NCBI GenBank assembly: GCA_000166095.1
Contig: CP002278.1
Coordinates: 780,001-812,000, forward strand
DNA from: Methanothermus fervidus DSM 2088
GTDB taxonomy: Archaea > Methanobacteriota > Methanobacteria > DSM-2088 > Methanothermaceae
Reading direction: 5' to 3'
DNA length: 32,000 nucleotides
This document shows, in pieces, positions 1-10,638 of the stretch. The number at the start of each line of letters is the position of its first letter. The first letter of the stretch is position 1. Position numbers and translations under genes: made by a program. The notes beneath the pieces are model-generated. The model had not been told where the DNA came from. It saw only the letters and a list, made by a program, of their open reading frames with translations, and searched no databases.

Positions 1-725
1 TCATTTTTCATAAAAGACAACATTGCAGAATCTATCCAAAAATAAATATTTGTAAATATTCCTGTTATACCAAAAGGTAAGGCTTCTGGTAATATTTTTT
101 TCCATAAATCAGAATTGACAGCGATACCAACTTTTAAAAATTTTGAATTACAGATAAGATATGAATAAAGTAAAGATATAAATGCTGAAAGTGTGTAGGC
201 CATTCCAATTTCAATTATTCCTAATTTTAAATATATTACACCCAAAATGAAAATAAGGAGGAGAGAGTTATTTAAGATCGTGCTTATTGTTTGATACTCC
301 ATTTTTTCAAATCCTTGGAACACGCCATAAAACACGTTATTAAAAGATTGTAGTATTACATAGATGCCAATAAGAATTGTTACAATTTTTCCATAAACAG
401 GATATTTACGGATAAAAATAATAACAAGTAAAAATGTGAAGGTTATAATCGAAAAAATTGTTTTGAGTGAAATAACGTTTCTAAATAAATTTAAAGATTT
501 TTCACGTTTTCTTGCAATTTCTCTTGTTAAATATATGCTTAGGCCTAGATCTGCAAATATACCAAATATACTTGTAATAGCAAGGGAAGCTGAAATAATA
601 CCAAATCCACCAGCACCTAAATATCTAGCCATTGCTACAGTCCATATAAATCCTGCAATGTTTGTAAAGATTGATGCCAAAAGCAACACAAATGTGTTTT
701 TTACTACTGTACGAACTTTACTCAT
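1..725 (-). CDS. Polysaccharide/oligosaccharide flippase (Wzx, MOP superfamily), N-terminal ~241 aa; 3' end runs off the left edge of the window
   Basis: Missing from the ORF track because it is open to the window edge. Reverse-strand translation from ATG (complement of 723-725, GGTGAT motif 5 nt upstream) reads MSKVRTVVKNTFVLLLASIFTNIAGFIWTVAMARYLGAGGFGIISASLAITSIFGIFADLGLSIYLTREIAR... followed by serial hydrophobic helices. This is the typical N-terminus of Wzx-type polysaccharide biosynthesis proteins. Confidence 0.75.
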   Translation of the reverse strand, partial: MSKVRTVVKNTFVLLLASIFTNIAGFIWTVAMARYLGAGGFGIISASLAITSIFGIFADLGLSIYLTREIARKREKSLNLFRNVISLKTIFSIITFTFLLVIIFIRKYPVYGKIVTILIGIYVILQSFNNVFYGVFQGFEKMEYQTISTILNNSLLLIFILGVIYLKLGIIEIGMAYTLSAFISLLYSYLICNSKFLKVGIAVNSDLWKKILPEALPFGITGIFTNIYFWIDSAMLSFMKN

Positions 726-799
726 TCCATCACCTTTTTATTTTTTTGAATTTAAAAGTAAAAATGTGTGTTGATGTATTTTCATTAAGAGGTGGTATT

Positions 800-2113
800 T
801 TGAAAATTGGAATTATAGGTACTGGTTATGTAGGACTCACAACAGCAGTATGTTTTGCAGAGTTTGGTCATGAAGTTATGTGCAGTGATAAAGATGAAAA
901 GAAATTAAAATTATTAAAAAAATGCAAGTCTCCTATTTATGAGCCTAAATTGGAAAATCTATTACATAAAAATTTCGAAAGGCTAAAATTCACATCTAAA
1001 AATAAAGAAGTTGTGGATTTTGCTGATGCAATATTCATATGTGTAGGAACTCCTGAAAAAAATGGTAAGCCAGATCTTTCACAAGTTGAAGAAGCTGCCA
1101 GAGAAATAGCCCTATCTTTGAAAAATGATTATAAATTGATAATTGAAAAATCTACAGTCCCTGTCAATACTTATCAATGGGTAAAAAAAACCTTAAAACG
1201 CTATTCCAAATCTTCCATTAATTTTGACGTTGCATCAAATCCAGAATTCCTTAGAGAAGGATCTGCCATTGATGACTTCATGAATCCCGACCGAATAATC
1301 GTAGGAGTTGAAAATAAAAAGGCTGAAAAGATTTTAAGAAAAATTTATAAACCATTGATTAAGAAAGGTGTTCCCTTCCTTGTAACTGATCCTGCAACAG
1401 CTGAAATTATAAAACATGCATCTAATTCATTTCTTGCAATGAAAATTTCTTATATAAACATGGTTGCTAATTTGTGTGAGAAATTAGGTGTAGATGTTAC
1501 CACGGTAGCAAAAGGAATGGGATATGACCCAAGAATTGGAGATAAGTTTTTAAATGCTGGAATAGGTTATGGAGGATCTTGTTTTCCAAAAGATGTTAGG
1601 ACATTTATAAAAATAGCTGAAGAACATGGCATTAATTTTAGTTTATTACGGGAAACTGAGAAAATAAACAAAGCTCAAAGAAAAAGATTTATTGAAAAAG
1701 TTGAGAACGTACTTTGGATAAATAAAAATAAAAATATTGCAATATGGGGATTATCATTTAAACCAGGGACTGATGACATCAGGGATGCTCCATCAATTGA
1801 TATTGTATCCGAACTTTCGAAGCAAGGGGCAAACCTAAGATTATATGATCCAAAAGCTATGGAAAATTTCAAGAAGATATTCCCAGAAAGTGAGAATATA
1901 AAATATTGCAATGATAAATATGAAGCACTCAAAAATGCTGATGCACTGCTAATATTAACAGAATGGGATGAATTTAAAAATCCTAATTTTAATAAAATGA
2001 AAAAATTAATGAGGTTGCCCATAATTATCGATGGAAGAAATATTTACGAATTAGATGAGATAGAAGAAGGTTTTGAATATTATTCTGTAGGACGACGAGC
2101 GGTGAAAAAATGA
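800..2113 (+). CDS. ugd: UDP-glucose 6-dehydrogenase (UDP-glucose/GDP-mannose dehydrogenase family)
   Basis: Rossmann N-terminus (M)[12 protein letters not shown]. Also [15 protein letters not shown], the catalytic-Cys motif GGSCFPKD and the C-terminal [16 protein letters not shown]. The track ORF starts at 671, but TTG at 800 follows a GAGGTGG ribosome-binding motif and gives the canonical N-terminus. Confidence 0.9.
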   Translation: MKIGIIGTGYVGLTTAVCFAEFGHEVMCSDKDEKKLKLLKKCKSPIYEPKLENLLHKNFERLKFTSKNKEVVDFADAIFICVGTPEKNGKPDLSQVEEAAREIALSLKNDYKLIIEKSTVPVNTYQWVKKTLKRYSKSSINFDVASNPEFLREGSAIDDFMNPDRIIVGVENKKAEKILRKIYKPLIKKGVPFLVTDPATAEIIKHASNSFLAMKISYINMVANLCEKLGVDVTTVAKGMGYDPRIGDKFLNAGIGYGGSCFPKDVRTFIKIAEEHGINFSLLRETEKINKAQRKRFIEKVENVLWINKNKNIAIWGLSFKPGTDDIRDAPSIDIVSELSKQGANLRLYDPKAMENFKKIFPESENIKYCNDKYEALKNADALLILTEWDEFKNPNFNKMKKLMRLPIIIDGRNIYELDEIEEGFEYYSVGRRAVKK

Positions 2114-3054
2114 GAATACTCATAACAGGTGTCGCTGGCTTTATAGGTTCACATTTAGCTGAAAGGTTTATAAAAGAGGGTCATAAAGTTTTAGGAGTCG
2201 ATAATTTCATTACAGGTAATTTTAGGAATATAAAAAAGTTAGTTAAATCGCCTAATTTCAAATTTAAAAAATTAGATATCTCAAAAAAAACTATAGATTT
2301 TGATGCAGATATTGTAATGCATTTTGCTTCTCCAGCAAGCCCTGTTGATTATTATAGATATCCACTAGAAACTTTGAAGGCAGGTTCGTATGGTACATTC
2401 AATACATTGAATATAGCAAGAAAAAATGATGCAAGGTATATTTTAGCATCTACTTCTGAAGTTTATGGAGATCCAGAAGTACACCCACAAAAGGAATCAT
2501 ATTGGGGTAATGTAAATCCTATTGGACCTAGGGCAGTGTATGATGAGGCTAAAAGATTTGCTGAGGCCACAACCGCAGCATATCATAGAGAATTTGGATT
2601 AGATACAAGGATAATAAGAATATTTAACACTTATGGACCTAGAATGAAGCCAGACGATGGCAGAGTTATTCCAAATTTCATAACACAGGCATTAAAAGGA
2701 GAAAAAATAACAGTTTATGGAGATGGTACCCAAACAAGGAGTTTTTGTTATATAGACGATTTAGTGGAAGGTATTTACAGATTGTCAATTAAAGACAACT
2801 TAGATGGTGAAGTTGTAAATCTCGGAAACCCTGAAGAATATAGGATAATTGATTTAGCAAAACTTATAATTGATCTTGTAGGTAAAGATTTGGAGATAAC
2901 ATATAAAAAGTTACCAAAAGATGATCCAAAACGCAGAAGGCCTGATATTACCAAAGCCAAAAAATTAATTGGATGGGAACCAAAAACTCCATTGAAAATA
3001 GGACTAAAAAAAACGATAAAATACTTTAAAAAAATATTGGGTGAAAAAACATGA
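2110..3054 (+). CDS. uxs: UDP-glucuronate decarboxylase (UDP-xylose synthase, extended SDR)
   Basis: [14 protein letters not shown] glycine-rich motif, YDEAKR catalytic Y-x3-K, and [10 protein letters not shown], which is characteristic of UXS-type decarboxylases. ATGA overlap with ugd suggests translational coupling. Confidence 0.8.
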   Translation: MRILITGVAGFIGSHLAERFIKEGHKVLGVDNFITGNFRNIKKLVKSPNFKFKKLDISKKTIDFDADIVMHFASPASPVDYYRYPLETLKAGSYGTFNTLNIARKNDARYILASTSEVYGDPEVHPQKESYWGNVNPIGPRAVYDEAKRFAEATTAAYHREFGLDTRIIRIFNTYGPRMKPDDGRVIPNFITQALKGEKITVYGDGTQTRSFCYIDDLVEGIYRLSIKDNLDGEVVNLGNPEEYRIIDLAKLIIDLVGKDLEITYKKLPKDDPKRRRPDITKAKKLIGWEPKTPLKIGLKKTIKYFKKILGEKT

Positions 3055-3881
3055 AAGACGTTGCGGTTGCTTATAGAATCTACCCAGGAGTTTCTAAAAC
3101 ACCTGCAATATTTCAGGAGGATAAATATAAACTTTCAAAATTATGTTTGGAATCATTTAGAGAGTCTCTTGGGGATTTAGATGTGAAAATTTTTGCAATT
3201 TTAGATGGCTGTCCTGATAGATATGTGGATTTATTTAAGGAATATTTTAATGATATCGAATTTATTAGGTTAGATTCAGTAGGTAACCAGAAAACATTTG
3301 AAAAACAAATAAATTTACTTTTAAATCAAAAAGACTCTGACATTGTTTATTTTGCTGAAGATGATTATTTTTATTTACCAAACACGTTTGAAGAAATGAT
3401 AGAATTTCTTGAATATGAAGACGTTGATTTTGTAACTCCTTATGACCACTTGGATTACTATGAACATCCTCTACATCAGCATAGAAAAGAAAAAAGGACA
3501 TACAAAGGTAGAATATGGAGGACTGTTGCATCCACATGCTTAACTTTCTTAACAAGTAAAAAAGTGCTTAAGGAAACCAAAAAAATAATGGAAAGTTATG
3601 TACATGGAAATCATGATGCTAGCCTATGGATAAGTTTAACAAAAATAAATATAAACCCTCTGAAGTGTTTAAAATCACGGGAAATGAGGTATATAATTTA
3701 TTTAGCTTGGAAATATTGTTGGAAACAAATATTATTTGGAAAGAGATATAAACTCTGGGCTCCTAAGCCATCAATAGCTACACATATGGAAAGTACGAAA
3801 TTAGCTCCAAGTGTAAATTGGAAAAAGTTAATAATGGCTAAAGCTAAGAAGATTGACCCTGAATGTAAATTTGTTGTTTAA
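3051..3881 (+). CDS. Putative GT-A fold glycosyltransferase (GT2-like)
   Basis: ATGA-coupled to uxs. N-terminal beta-alpha pattern [13 protein letters not shown]...[17 protein letters not shown] and an acidic FAEDDY (DxD-like) motif. Assigned by motif and context only. Confidence 0.45.
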   Translation: MKDVAVAYRIYPGVSKTPAIFQEDKYKLSKLCLESFRESLGDLDVKIFAILDGCPDRYVDLFKEYFNDIEFIRLDSVGNQKTFEKQINLLLNQKDSDIVYFAEDDYFYLPNTFEEMIEFLEYEDVDFVTPYDHLDYYEHPLHQHRKEKRTYKGRIWRTVASTCLTFLTSKKVLKETKKIMESYVHGNHDASLWISLTKININPLKCLKSREMRYIIYLAWKYCWKQILFGKRYKLWAPKPSIATHMESTKLAPSVNWKKLIMAKAKKIDPECKFVV

Positions 3882-4794
3882 ACCATTCTATTGTTTCTTT
3901 TAGTTGTTCTTTAAAATTCCCTGGCTTAAATTTCAATTTTGATTTTAATAGGCTAATGTCTGCCCATGAATGTTTAATATCTCCTGGTCTAGGGTCTGTG
4001 TATATAGGTTCAACCTCTACATCTAAAATCTCCTTAATTAATCTAAATAATTTATTTACAGAGATGGATTCTCCTCTAGCAACGTTCAATACACCTGTAA
4101 AATTTGACTCTGCAACCTTTATATTTATTTTCACAACGTCTTTAACATAAATAAAATCTCTTGTTTGGGTACCATCTCCATAAATTTTTGGAGGCTCATT
4201 TTTAATCATTTTATAAATAAATTTAGGAATAACTGCTGCATATTGTGAATGTGGATTTTGTTTTGGCCCAAAAACATTAAAATATCTCAAAGAAACTGTT
4301 TTTAAGCCATACACTTCATTAAACACCTTACAATATAATTCAGATGAAGCTTTAGACGCTGCATATGGTGACAAAGGATTCAAAGAATCGTCTTCTGAGA
4401 GTGGTAAATTAGGATTGTCACCATATACTGCAGAAGATGATGCATTTATGACTTTTTTAACATCTGTGTCTCTAGCTGCTAATAATACTTTTAAAGATCC
4501 AGTTACATTAACTTTATGACATTCTATGGGATTTTCAATACTTCTAGGTACACTTGCTATTGCTGCATGATGAAAAACATAATCTTTATCTTCAAATATT
4601 TTTTTTAAATTGACTTCATTAATGTCTTTCATTATGACCTCTATATTCTCGTTTTCTAAATTTTTCAAATCACCTGTTGATCCATTGTCTATCACTGTAA
4701 CTTCATTATTTTTAGATAATTCATTGGCTAAGTGAGAACCAATGAACCCTAAACCCCCCGTTATCACTATTTTTTTATCTTTCATTGTAGACAT
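3844..4794 (-). CDS. NAD-dependent sugar-nucleotide 4-epimerase (WbpP/TviC-like extended SDR)
   Basis: KIVITGGLGFIGSHL, FHHAAIASVPRSIENP...VNVTGSLKVLLAARD, SSSAVYGD and PYAASKASSELY (Y-x3-K). The start was moved to ATG 4794 (MSTMKDKK), which has GGAGGT 6 nt upstream. The 3' end overlaps the convergent GT gene by 38 nt. Confidence 0.8.
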   Translation of the reverse strand: MSTMKDKKIVITGGLGFIGSHLANELSKNNEVTVIDNGSTGDLKNLENENIEVIMKDINEVNLKKIFEDKDYVFHHAAIASVPRSIENPIECHKVNVTGSLKVLLAARDTDVKKVINASSSAVYGDNPNLPLSEDDSLNPLSPYAASKASSELYCKVFNEVYGLKTVSLRYFNVFGPKQNPHSQYAAVIPKFIYKMIKNEPPKIYGDGTQTRDFIYVKDVVKINIKVAESNFTGVLNVARGESISVNKLFRLIKEILDVEVEPIYTDPRPGDIKHSWADISLLKSKLKFKPGNFKEQLKETIEWFKQQIYIQGQSS

Positions 4795-4980
4795 TAGATT
4801 ACCTCCCACTGAAAAGCTAAAGCTAAATACAAAAGAAATCTTTTTTGTTTGTCTGTTCTGTTCCTTTTATTTCTATAGCATGGTTAAACTTTTTACATAA
4901 TTCTATTCATAAATAACTTTTCACTTAATGTGAAAAATTAGTTTTGAAAAAACAATAATTTAAAAGGCAAAAAATTAGTT

Positions 4981-5013
4981 AAAAAAATTTAAAAAATAGG
5001 TGGAAAAATAAAA
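4981..5013 (-). terminator. Oligo-T archaeal terminator region downstream of mtd
   Basis: On the minus strand, T5, T6 and T7 runs follow directly after the mtd stop codon (complement of 5018-5020). Confidence 0.4.
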
Positions 5014-5017
5014 GAAG

Positions 5018-5848
5018 TTATTTTGGTTTGGCCATTAACTCTACTTTTTCTAATAATTCTCCTTTTTTACCATGTGGAGTTCTCTTTACAGTGTCATTTG
5101 ATTTTTCTATTTCTCTAGCTTCTGAAGCTAATTTAGCAGCGATTGATACCATTTCGTGTGCTGAAGCAACAATAGGTATATATTTCTCTGGATCTTGTAC
5201 CATAAAGCATCCTTTTACATCTAGATCAGCAGCTTTTGCTGCTATTTCATACGCTGCCATGGCTTTTGCTTTAGCATATGGATTTTCAAATTCTCCTGCT
5301 TCTACAGCCTTTTCACTGTCTATAATTAATTTTGGAAGTTCTATTTCTTTTCCTGCCTCAAGATCTGATATTAAATCATCTAAAGTTTTATGTATTAATC
5401 TGTATGCACCAGTACATGCTAAAACTTTAATTACATCAGCATTAAATGATGCCATTTCTGTTGGATCAAGGAATTCTCTTCTAGCACCTATCATAGGATC
5501 TGCTTCAACTATTATATATCCAAGACCCTGTTTTTCGATTTCATCTTTAACTCTTTTACCAGGAGCATCTCCTATGATAATGCTAGGTACATCGCTCTCA
5601 GATAACAATTCTCGAGCTTTTGCTGGACCTGGGGCACCAGGATTTGGACTTATGAATATCACTAAATCTCTGTCCATGTCTAACATCTTGGGTACAACAT
5701 CTTCAACTTGTTCAGGATTCATTTTTGCGCTAGATCCAATAACTCTCACATCAATGTTTGGCCTATCAGCTCTTTCATCTAAAAGAAGATCTATCACCGG
5801 AGATGTCCCAATATTTCCACATTTAATTACGCCAATTTTTACAACCAT
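5018..5848 (-). CDS. mtd: F420-dependent methylenetetrahydromethanopterin dehydrogenase
   Basis: Recognisable along its full length: MVVKIGVIKCGNIGTSPVIDLLLDERADRPNIDV..., FISPNPGAPGPAKARELL, GYIIVEADPMIGARREFLDPTEMA, YAKAKAMAAYEIA. GAGGTGA motif upstream of the ATG. Confidence 0.95.
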   Translation of the reverse strand: MVVKIGVIKCGNIGTSPVIDLLLDERADRPNIDVRVIGSSAKMNPEQVEDVVPKMLDMDRDLVIFISPNPGAPGPAKARELLSESDVPSIIIGDAPGKRVKDEIEKQGLGYIIVEADPMIGARREFLDPTEMASFNADVIKVLACTGAYRLIHKTLDDLISDLEAGKEIELPKLIIDSEKAVEAGEFENPYAKAKAMAAYEIAAKAADLDVKGCFMVQDPEKYIPIVASAHEMVSIAAKLASEAREIEKSNDTVKRTPHGKKGELLEKVELMAKPK

Positions 5849-5896
5849 AAATTCACCTCAGTATTAATTATACACGAACTTATAATACATGTTTTC

Positions 5897-5913
5897 AATA
5901 TTAATATTTTTCG
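5897..5913 (-). promoter_or_regulatory. Candidate BRE/TATA promoter of mtd
   Basis: The minus strand reads CGAAAAATATTAATATT (purine-rich BRE-like CGAAA followed by an A/T box), about 50-65 nt upstream of the mtd ATG. Confidence 0.35.
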
Positions 5914-6056
5914 ACTTATTCTTAACCATTATTCATATCTTCAACCTCTTACAAATGCTAACAGTTTAATTTTTAATTTTCCAAGATTAAAAATTTTGGG
6001 AAAACAAAATTTTTATTATTTTTCATCGAAAAATTATTTTAGAGAGAATCCTATTT

Positions 6057-6935
6057 TTGGTGATATTATTGAGAATTGTGTTAAGTAGTGAAACATCCAA
6101 CAAATTAGAAAAAATTGTTGGAAATTTAAAAGTATCTAAACATTGTGTAGGTTGTGAAGGTTTAGATATTAAAAAAGAAGATCCACAACATCATCCATCA
6201 ATTGAAATTACCCAAAAATGCAATCATAATTGTATTTTTTGTTATTCAAGATTAGTAAAAGTAAAACCAGGTATTTATGGAGATTTTGAGAAATCTAGTG
6301 CTGTAACTATAAGTCAATATGGAGAACCATTATTGTATCCAAAAACTGTTAAAAAATGTATAGAATATGTAAAATCATTTGGTTTAAGATGTGATTTACA
6401 AACTAATGGTTCTTTATTAAACAAAAAACTAATGGAAGAATTTAAGGAGTTGGGTTTAGACATTGTTATGATAAGTTTAAGTTCTTCTAATAAAGAAACA
6501 CACCAAAAAATAACAGGTGAATGGAATTTTGATAAGATATTTGAAAATATAAAAATGGCAGGAAAATATTTTTATACAATTATTAGGGCTGTACATATTC
6601 CTGGCTTTAATGATAATGAGTTAATTGAGTTAGCTAGCATGCTTAACAAAACTGAAGTAGATGAGATGATGATACATAATTTAATTATTCATAAAGGAAA
6701 CAAAGACAAAATTAAATATAATGAAAATATAGGAAGAATAAAAGATTTATTACTTTTAGTAGATGAAATACAGAAGAAGGCTCCAAAACTAAATGTCACT
6801 ATAAAAGGATGTTTGCTTACTCACTTGAAAAAAATGGATGGGTTTACTCTTGAAGGAATAACTTTTAATAGTTTTTCAGATGTCCCAACCATTAAAAGAA
6901 AATATTCTCCTTTACCCTTTGACATCGCTGATTAA
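6057..6935 (+). CDS. Radical SAM domain protein (function unknown)
   Basis: CNHNCIFC (CX3CX2C) cluster motif after a Cys-rich N-terminal stretch (HCVGCEG). GEPLL and a TIM-barrel-like alternation follow. There is no in-frame ATG before the cluster motif, so the start must be TTG or GTG (6057, 6060 or 6078); the start is uncertain. Confidence 0.75.
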   Translation: MVILLRIVLSSETSNKLEKIVGNLKVSKHCVGCEGLDIKKEDPQHHPSIEITQKCNHNCIFCYSRLVKVKPGIYGDFEKSSAVTISQYGEPLLYPKTVKKCIEYVKSFGLRCDLQTNGSLLNKKLMEEFKELGLDIVMISLSSSNKETHQKITGEWNFDKIFENIKMAGKYFYTIIRAVHIPGFNDNELIELASMLNKTEVDEMMIHNLIIHKGNKDKIKYNENIGRIKDLLLLVDEIQKKAPKLNVTIKGCLLTHLKKMDGFTLEGITFNSFSDVPTIKRKYSPLPFDIAD

Positions 6936-7969
6936 TTTTCAATAACTTCTAAATATTTCTCAAGAGCTTTAGTTAATAATTTTATACAATTCTTAACATC
7001 GTCTAAATGTGCAACACTTACTGGAGTATGGATATATCTTGTTGGAACTGAGAGAACTCCTGATGGTATACCAGCCCTAGTAAGATGTATAGCTGTTGCA
7101 TCAGTAGTTCCACCTTCACTTACTTCTAACTGATATTCTATATTTTCCTTCTCAGCAGTAGTTATTAATAATTTTCTAACTTTTGGATGTGTTATTATCC
7201 CTCTGCCACTTGCATCTGTTAAAACTATAACTGGTCCTTTACCTAATTCAACTGGTGCATCTTCTTTTTTTATTCCTGGATGATCTCCTGCTATAGTTAC
7301 ATCTAGTGCTATAGCTAAATCAGGGTTTATCTGATATGCAGAAGTTCTTGCACCTTTAAGACCTACCTCTTCTTGAACGGTTCCAACGCCATAAATAGTT
7401 GCAGAACTATCAACTTTCTTTAAAACTTCAATCATTACTAAACAACCAAGTCTATTGTCTAATGCTTTAGCTTTAAAAATTTTATCAGATAACATCTCAA
7501 AATTTCCTTCAAAGGTTATAGGATCACCCACAGATATTAATTTCTTAGCTTCTTTTTCATTTTTAACACCAATGTCTATGAACATGTTTTCATAACTTAT
7601 AACTCTCTTTCTTTCTTTAGGCTTCATTCGATGTGGTGGTTTAGATCCTATAACTCCTGTAACTGTTTTTTCACCATGAATTTTAACTGTTTGGTTTAAC
7701 AACATTTGATCGTTTATTCCTCCAATTTTAGAAAATTTAACAAAACCTTTTTTATTAATATGCTTGACCATTAATCCAATTTCATCCATGTGAGCTGCTA
7801 ACATTACTTTTTTATCTCCTCCTTTTTTTACAGCAATGAGATTTCCAAGAGAATCATATTTTACTTCATCTACATAATCCTCTATTTCATTTTTTATGAG
7901 TTCTCTTATCTTTTCTTCAAATCCAGAAATTCCGGGAGTTTCAGTTAATTTTTTTATCAATTTTTTCAT
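6932..7969 (-). CDS. M42 family metallopeptidase (TET aminopeptidase / FrvX-like)
   Basis: [25 protein letters not shown]..., [25 protein letters not shown] and YIHTPV motifs. The start was moved to ATG 7969, which has AAGGTGGA upstream; the track's 8044 start adds an unlikely extension. Confidence 0.85.
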   Translation of the reverse strand: MKKLIKKLTETPGISGFEEKIRELIKNEIEDYVDEVKYDSLGNLIAVKKGGDKKVMLAAHMDEIGLMVKHINKKGFVKFSKIGGINDQMLLNQTVKIHGEKTVTGVIGSKPPHRMKPKERKRVISYENMFIDIGVKNEKEAKKLISVGDPITFEGNFEMLSDKIFKAKALDNRLGCLVMIEVLKKVDSSATIYGVGTVQEEVGLKGARTSAYQINPDLAIALDVTIAGDHPGIKKEDAPVELGKGPVIVLTDASGRGIITHPKVRKLLITTAEKENIEYQLEVSEGGTTDATAIHLTRAGIPSGVLSVPTRYIHTPVSVAHLDDVKNCIKLLTKALEKYLEVIEN

Positions 7970-8534
7970 TTTTTTTTCCACCTTTACCAATGTTTTTCCA
8001 ATTTCTAATGATCTCATATATTTCTTCAGGAGTTTTAAAAACATGAGTATTGTTCATTTTTTTTATTCTTCTTACATGTTCTACATCATGTTTAGTTATT
8101 GTTAATTCTAGTTTTTCTCCATTAGGCAACGTTGTCAATGTTTTTCCTTCTTTAAAATCTGTTGGCATAATATAAACTGGAACTCCTGATTTTTGTGCCA
8201 TTATTGCTGCATTGGTAAGTAATGTGTCTCCAATTCTTAGAGAAATTTTTGCCACTGTATTCGACGTACATGGTGCCAATAAAAGAAAATCATATTTTCC
8301 TAATTGTATTTGCCCTGCCAAAAATGGAGAATTCGAATTAATTTCAACCCAAATTTTTCCAAAATTTTCTTCTAATTTTTCTGCTATTCCGTAATATTTT
8401 ACAACTTGTTCTCCTGCTTTCGACATGAAAACCCTTATATCAATGTCTTTGTATTTTTTCTTAATATTCTTCATGGTTTCAAAAGTTTCAACAAGTTTTT
8501 CTCCAGCTCCTGTTATTCCCCAAGCTATTTTCAT
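7941..8534 (-). CDS. afpA: Archaeoflavoprotein AfpA-like flavoprotein (PF02441-type fold)
   Basis: [14 protein letters not shown]..., NSPFLAG...[26 protein letters not shown] pattern. GGAGG upstream of the ATG. Overlaps the M42 gene start by 29 nt. Confidence 0.6.
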   Translation of the reverse strand: MKIAWGITGAGEKLVETFETMKNIKKKYKDIDIRVFMSKAGEQVVKYYGIAEKLEENFGKIWVEINSNSPFLAGQIQLGKYDFLLLAPCTSNTVAKISLRIGDTLLTNAAIMAQKSGVPVYIMPTDFKEGKTLTTLPNGEKLELTITKHDVEHVRRIKKMNNTHVFKTPEEIYEIIRNWKNIGKGGKKNEKIDKKIN

Positions 8535-8623
8535 ATTCTTTCCTCCAACTTATACAGCATAATTAAATTCTTAAATATTTTATGGCAAAATTTTATTAGT
8601 AAATATAAAGAAAAAAATTATTC

Positions 8624-9301
8624 ATGACAAAAAGAGAAATTTTAAACAAGGCTTCATTGTTGCTTAACATGGGCAGGTTTAGCGATGCATTATACCTCTA
8701 CAACAAAGTTCTTGAAGAAGATCCTGACAATTGTGAGGCTCTAAACAATTCAGGTATAGCATTGCTCTTTCTAGGCAAATATGAGGAAAGTATCCAATAT
8801 TTTGATGAAGTATTAAAAATAAAAAATGATAGTGGGGCATGGATTAATAAGAGTAATGCATTAATAAACCTCGGGAGATATGAAGAAGCTATTGAATGTT
8901 GTGATAGAGCTTTAGAGATAGCAATCAATGATTCAGAAAAGGTTTATGCATTAGTAAATAAAGGTAATGCGCTTTTTAGTATTGATGAATACGATGAAGC
9001 TTTAGATTGCTATGATGAAGCATTGAAAATAAATCCAAACGACGTTGGTATATGGAACAATAAAGGTAATTTATTAAAATCAATGGGTAAGTATGAAGAA
9101 GCTATTGAATGTTTCGATAAGGCTCTGGAAATAGATCCTAGAAGTATTGGCAGTTGGTACAATAAATCATTGGCTTTGGAAGCATTAGGTGAATACGAAG
9201 AAGCTCTAAAATGTATAGAGAATGTCATTAAAGCTTATCCTGGATTTAAACCTGCCATGAAAATAAAAGAAAAGCTTAAAAAGAAATTGAAAAATGAATA
9301 A
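8624..9301 (+). CDS. TPR repeat protein (about six 34-aa tetratricopeptide repeats)
   Basis: Repeated G.YEEA(I/L).C(F/Y)D.AL.I.P motifs. At the DNA level the first 22 nt of two repeat cores are identical (tatgaagaagctattgaatgtt at 8879 and 9092). An A/T box about 20-26 nt upstream of the ATG and no ribosome-binding motif suggest a possibly leaderless mRNA. Confidence 0.85.
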   Translation: MTKREILNKASLLLNMGRFSDALYLYNKVLEEDPDNCEALNNSGIALLFLGKYEESIQYFDEVLKIKNDSGAWINKSNALINLGRYEEAIECCDRALEIAINDSEKVYALVNKGNALFSIDEYDEALDCYDEALKINPNDVGIWNNKGNLLKSMGKYEEAIECFDKALEIDPRSIGSWYNKSLALEALGEYEEALKCIENVIKAYPGFKPAMKIKEKLKKKLKNE

Positions 9302-9338
9302 AATTTTGTGTGAAAAATTAACTAGGTGGAAGGGAAAA

Positions 9339-9662
9339 ATGAAAGAGGAAGTTTTTTATGCAAAAGGAGTTAAGTATATAAAGGAGGAATATCCTGAAAT
9401 ATATGAAAGTCTTGTCAAGTTAAATGAAGCTGTTTACACAGGAAAGGTTTTAGATTATAAGACACAAAAGTTAATAGCTTTGGGAATAACTGCAGCTAAA
9501 TCTGATGATAGAGCCATTAGGCAACAAATAAAAAGCGCTATAGAGGAATTTGGAGTCACAAAAGATGAAATTATGGATGTATTAAGAGTTGTGTTATTAA
9601 CATCTGGAAATCCTCCATTTATGAAGGCAGTGAAAATATTACATGAAGTTTTAGAAGAATAG
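9339..9662 (+). CDS. Carboxymuconolactone decarboxylase (CMD/AhpD-like) family protein
   Basis: [50 protein letters not shown] is typical of the CMD domain. The start was moved to ATG 9339 (GGTGGAAGGG upstream). Confidence 0.65.
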   Translation: MKEEVFYAKGVKYIKEEYPEIYESLVKLNEAVYTGKVLDYKTQKLIALGITAAKSDDRAIRQQIKSAIEEFGVTKDEIMDVLRVVLLTSGNPPFMKAVKILHEVLEE

Positions 9663-9673
9663 AGGTGCAAAAA

Positions 9674-10222
9674 ATGATGTATAAATACATCAGAGAAGCA
9701 TGGAAAAGGCCAAAAGATTCATACGTCAAAGAAATAATGATGGAAAGAGCCCCAAAATGGAGAAGAGAAAATGCAGTTCAAAAAATAAAAAGACCAACCC
9801 GTATAGACCGTGCTAGATCTTTAGGGTACAAATCAAAACAGGGATTTGTTGTTGCACGTGTTCGCGTTAAAAGAGGAGGTAGAAAAAAATCTAGATTTAA
9901 AGCAGGAAGAAGACCAAAAAGGATGGGAGTCAAAAAAATAACTTCTAAAAAGAGCCTTAAGAGAATCGCAGAAGAAAGAGCAGCAAGAAAATTCCCAAAT
10001 CTCGAAGTCTTAAATTCATATTGGGTGTGGGAAGATGGTGTATACAAATGGTTTGAAGTTATATTAGTCGATCCACACCATCCTGTTATAAAGAGTGATC
10101 CTGATATTAACTGGATATGTGAACCACAGCATCGAGGACGTGTATTTAGAGGTTTAACTAGCGAAGGCAGAAAGAATAGAGGATTAAGAAAGAAAGGAAA
10201 AGGCGCTGAAAAAGTAAGATGA
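9674..10222 (+). CDS. rpl15e: 50S ribosomal protein L15e
   Basis: [14 protein letters not shown]..., [32 protein letters not shown] 9674 is preferred over the track's GTG 9665, which lies inside the AGAGGTG ribosome-binding motif. Confidence 0.95.
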   Translation: MMYKYIREAWKRPKDSYVKEIMMERAPKWRRENAVQKIKRPTRIDRARSLGYKSKQGFVVARVRVKRGGRKKSRFKAGRRPKRMGVKKITSKKSLKRIAEERAARKFPNLEVLNSYWVWEDGVYKWFEVILVDPHHPVIKSDPDINWICEPQHRGRVFRGLTSEGRKNRGLRKKGKGAEKVR

Positions 10223-10638
10223 TACATAATATTTCTTATAGGGTTTTTGTACATGCAACAGAAAATGAAGACAAGGTCTTAGAAGCTCTTAGGACAATTA
10301 TCCCCAATGCAAAACCAGAGAAAGAAGAAATAGAAGGTCACCATCATAATCCAATTCTTGTAATGAAAGAAAAGATAACTGACAAAAAAACAATTAAAAA
10401 GTTTATTGAAACAATGAAGGAAATAGGTAAAGAGATAAACAATGACCTTGAGAACATGATTGATAACCATGCAAATTTATTTTTGAGATTTGATAAACAA
10501 GAAGCATATAAAGGAAGAATAAAGTTAACAACGCATGGTGATGCAATCCATATAAAAGCAAAAATAAAGGCATATCCAGCAAAGAAATCTGTAGCCATAA
10601 AAAAACTTAGAGAATTTTTGACAAATGAAGTTCTATGA
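10219..10638 (+). CDS. Conserved archaeal RNA-binding protein of the exosome superoperon (COG1325 family)
   Basis: [21 protein letters not shown]-terminus. Sits at the conserved position between rpl15e and the RNase P subunits. ATGA overlap with rpl15e. Confidence 0.65.
   Translation: MIHNISYRVFVHATENEDKVLEALRTIIPNAKPEKEEIEGHHHNPILVMKEKITDKKTIKKFIETMKEIGKEINNDLENMIDNHANLFLRFDKQEAYKGRIKLTTHGDAIHIKAKIKAYPAKKSVAIKKLREFLTNEVL

Noticed and set aside
436-774. 112-aa plus-strand ORF at the left end, and the 671-799 N-terminal extension of the ugd ORF
   Set aside because: 436-725 is antisense to the Wzx-like gene, which gives a convincing membrane-protein translation. The ugd extension precedes a good ribosome-binding motif plus a TTG that yields the canonical Rossmann N-terminus.
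5028-5867. 279-aa ORF on the plus strand covering the whole mtd locus
   Set aside because: It is exactly antisense to the unmistakable mtd gene. Its product is Ser/Ala/Ile/Phe-rich low-complexity sequence with no motifs, as expected from the complement of a highly expressed, codon-biased gene.
8879-9133. Repeated DNA segments (identical 22-mers about 213 nt apart) that might suggest a CRISPR-like or tandem array
   Set aside because: They are in frame within a single ORF and encode consecutive TPR motifs (YEEAIEC.D.ALEI). There is no spacer-repeat regularity typical of CRISPR.
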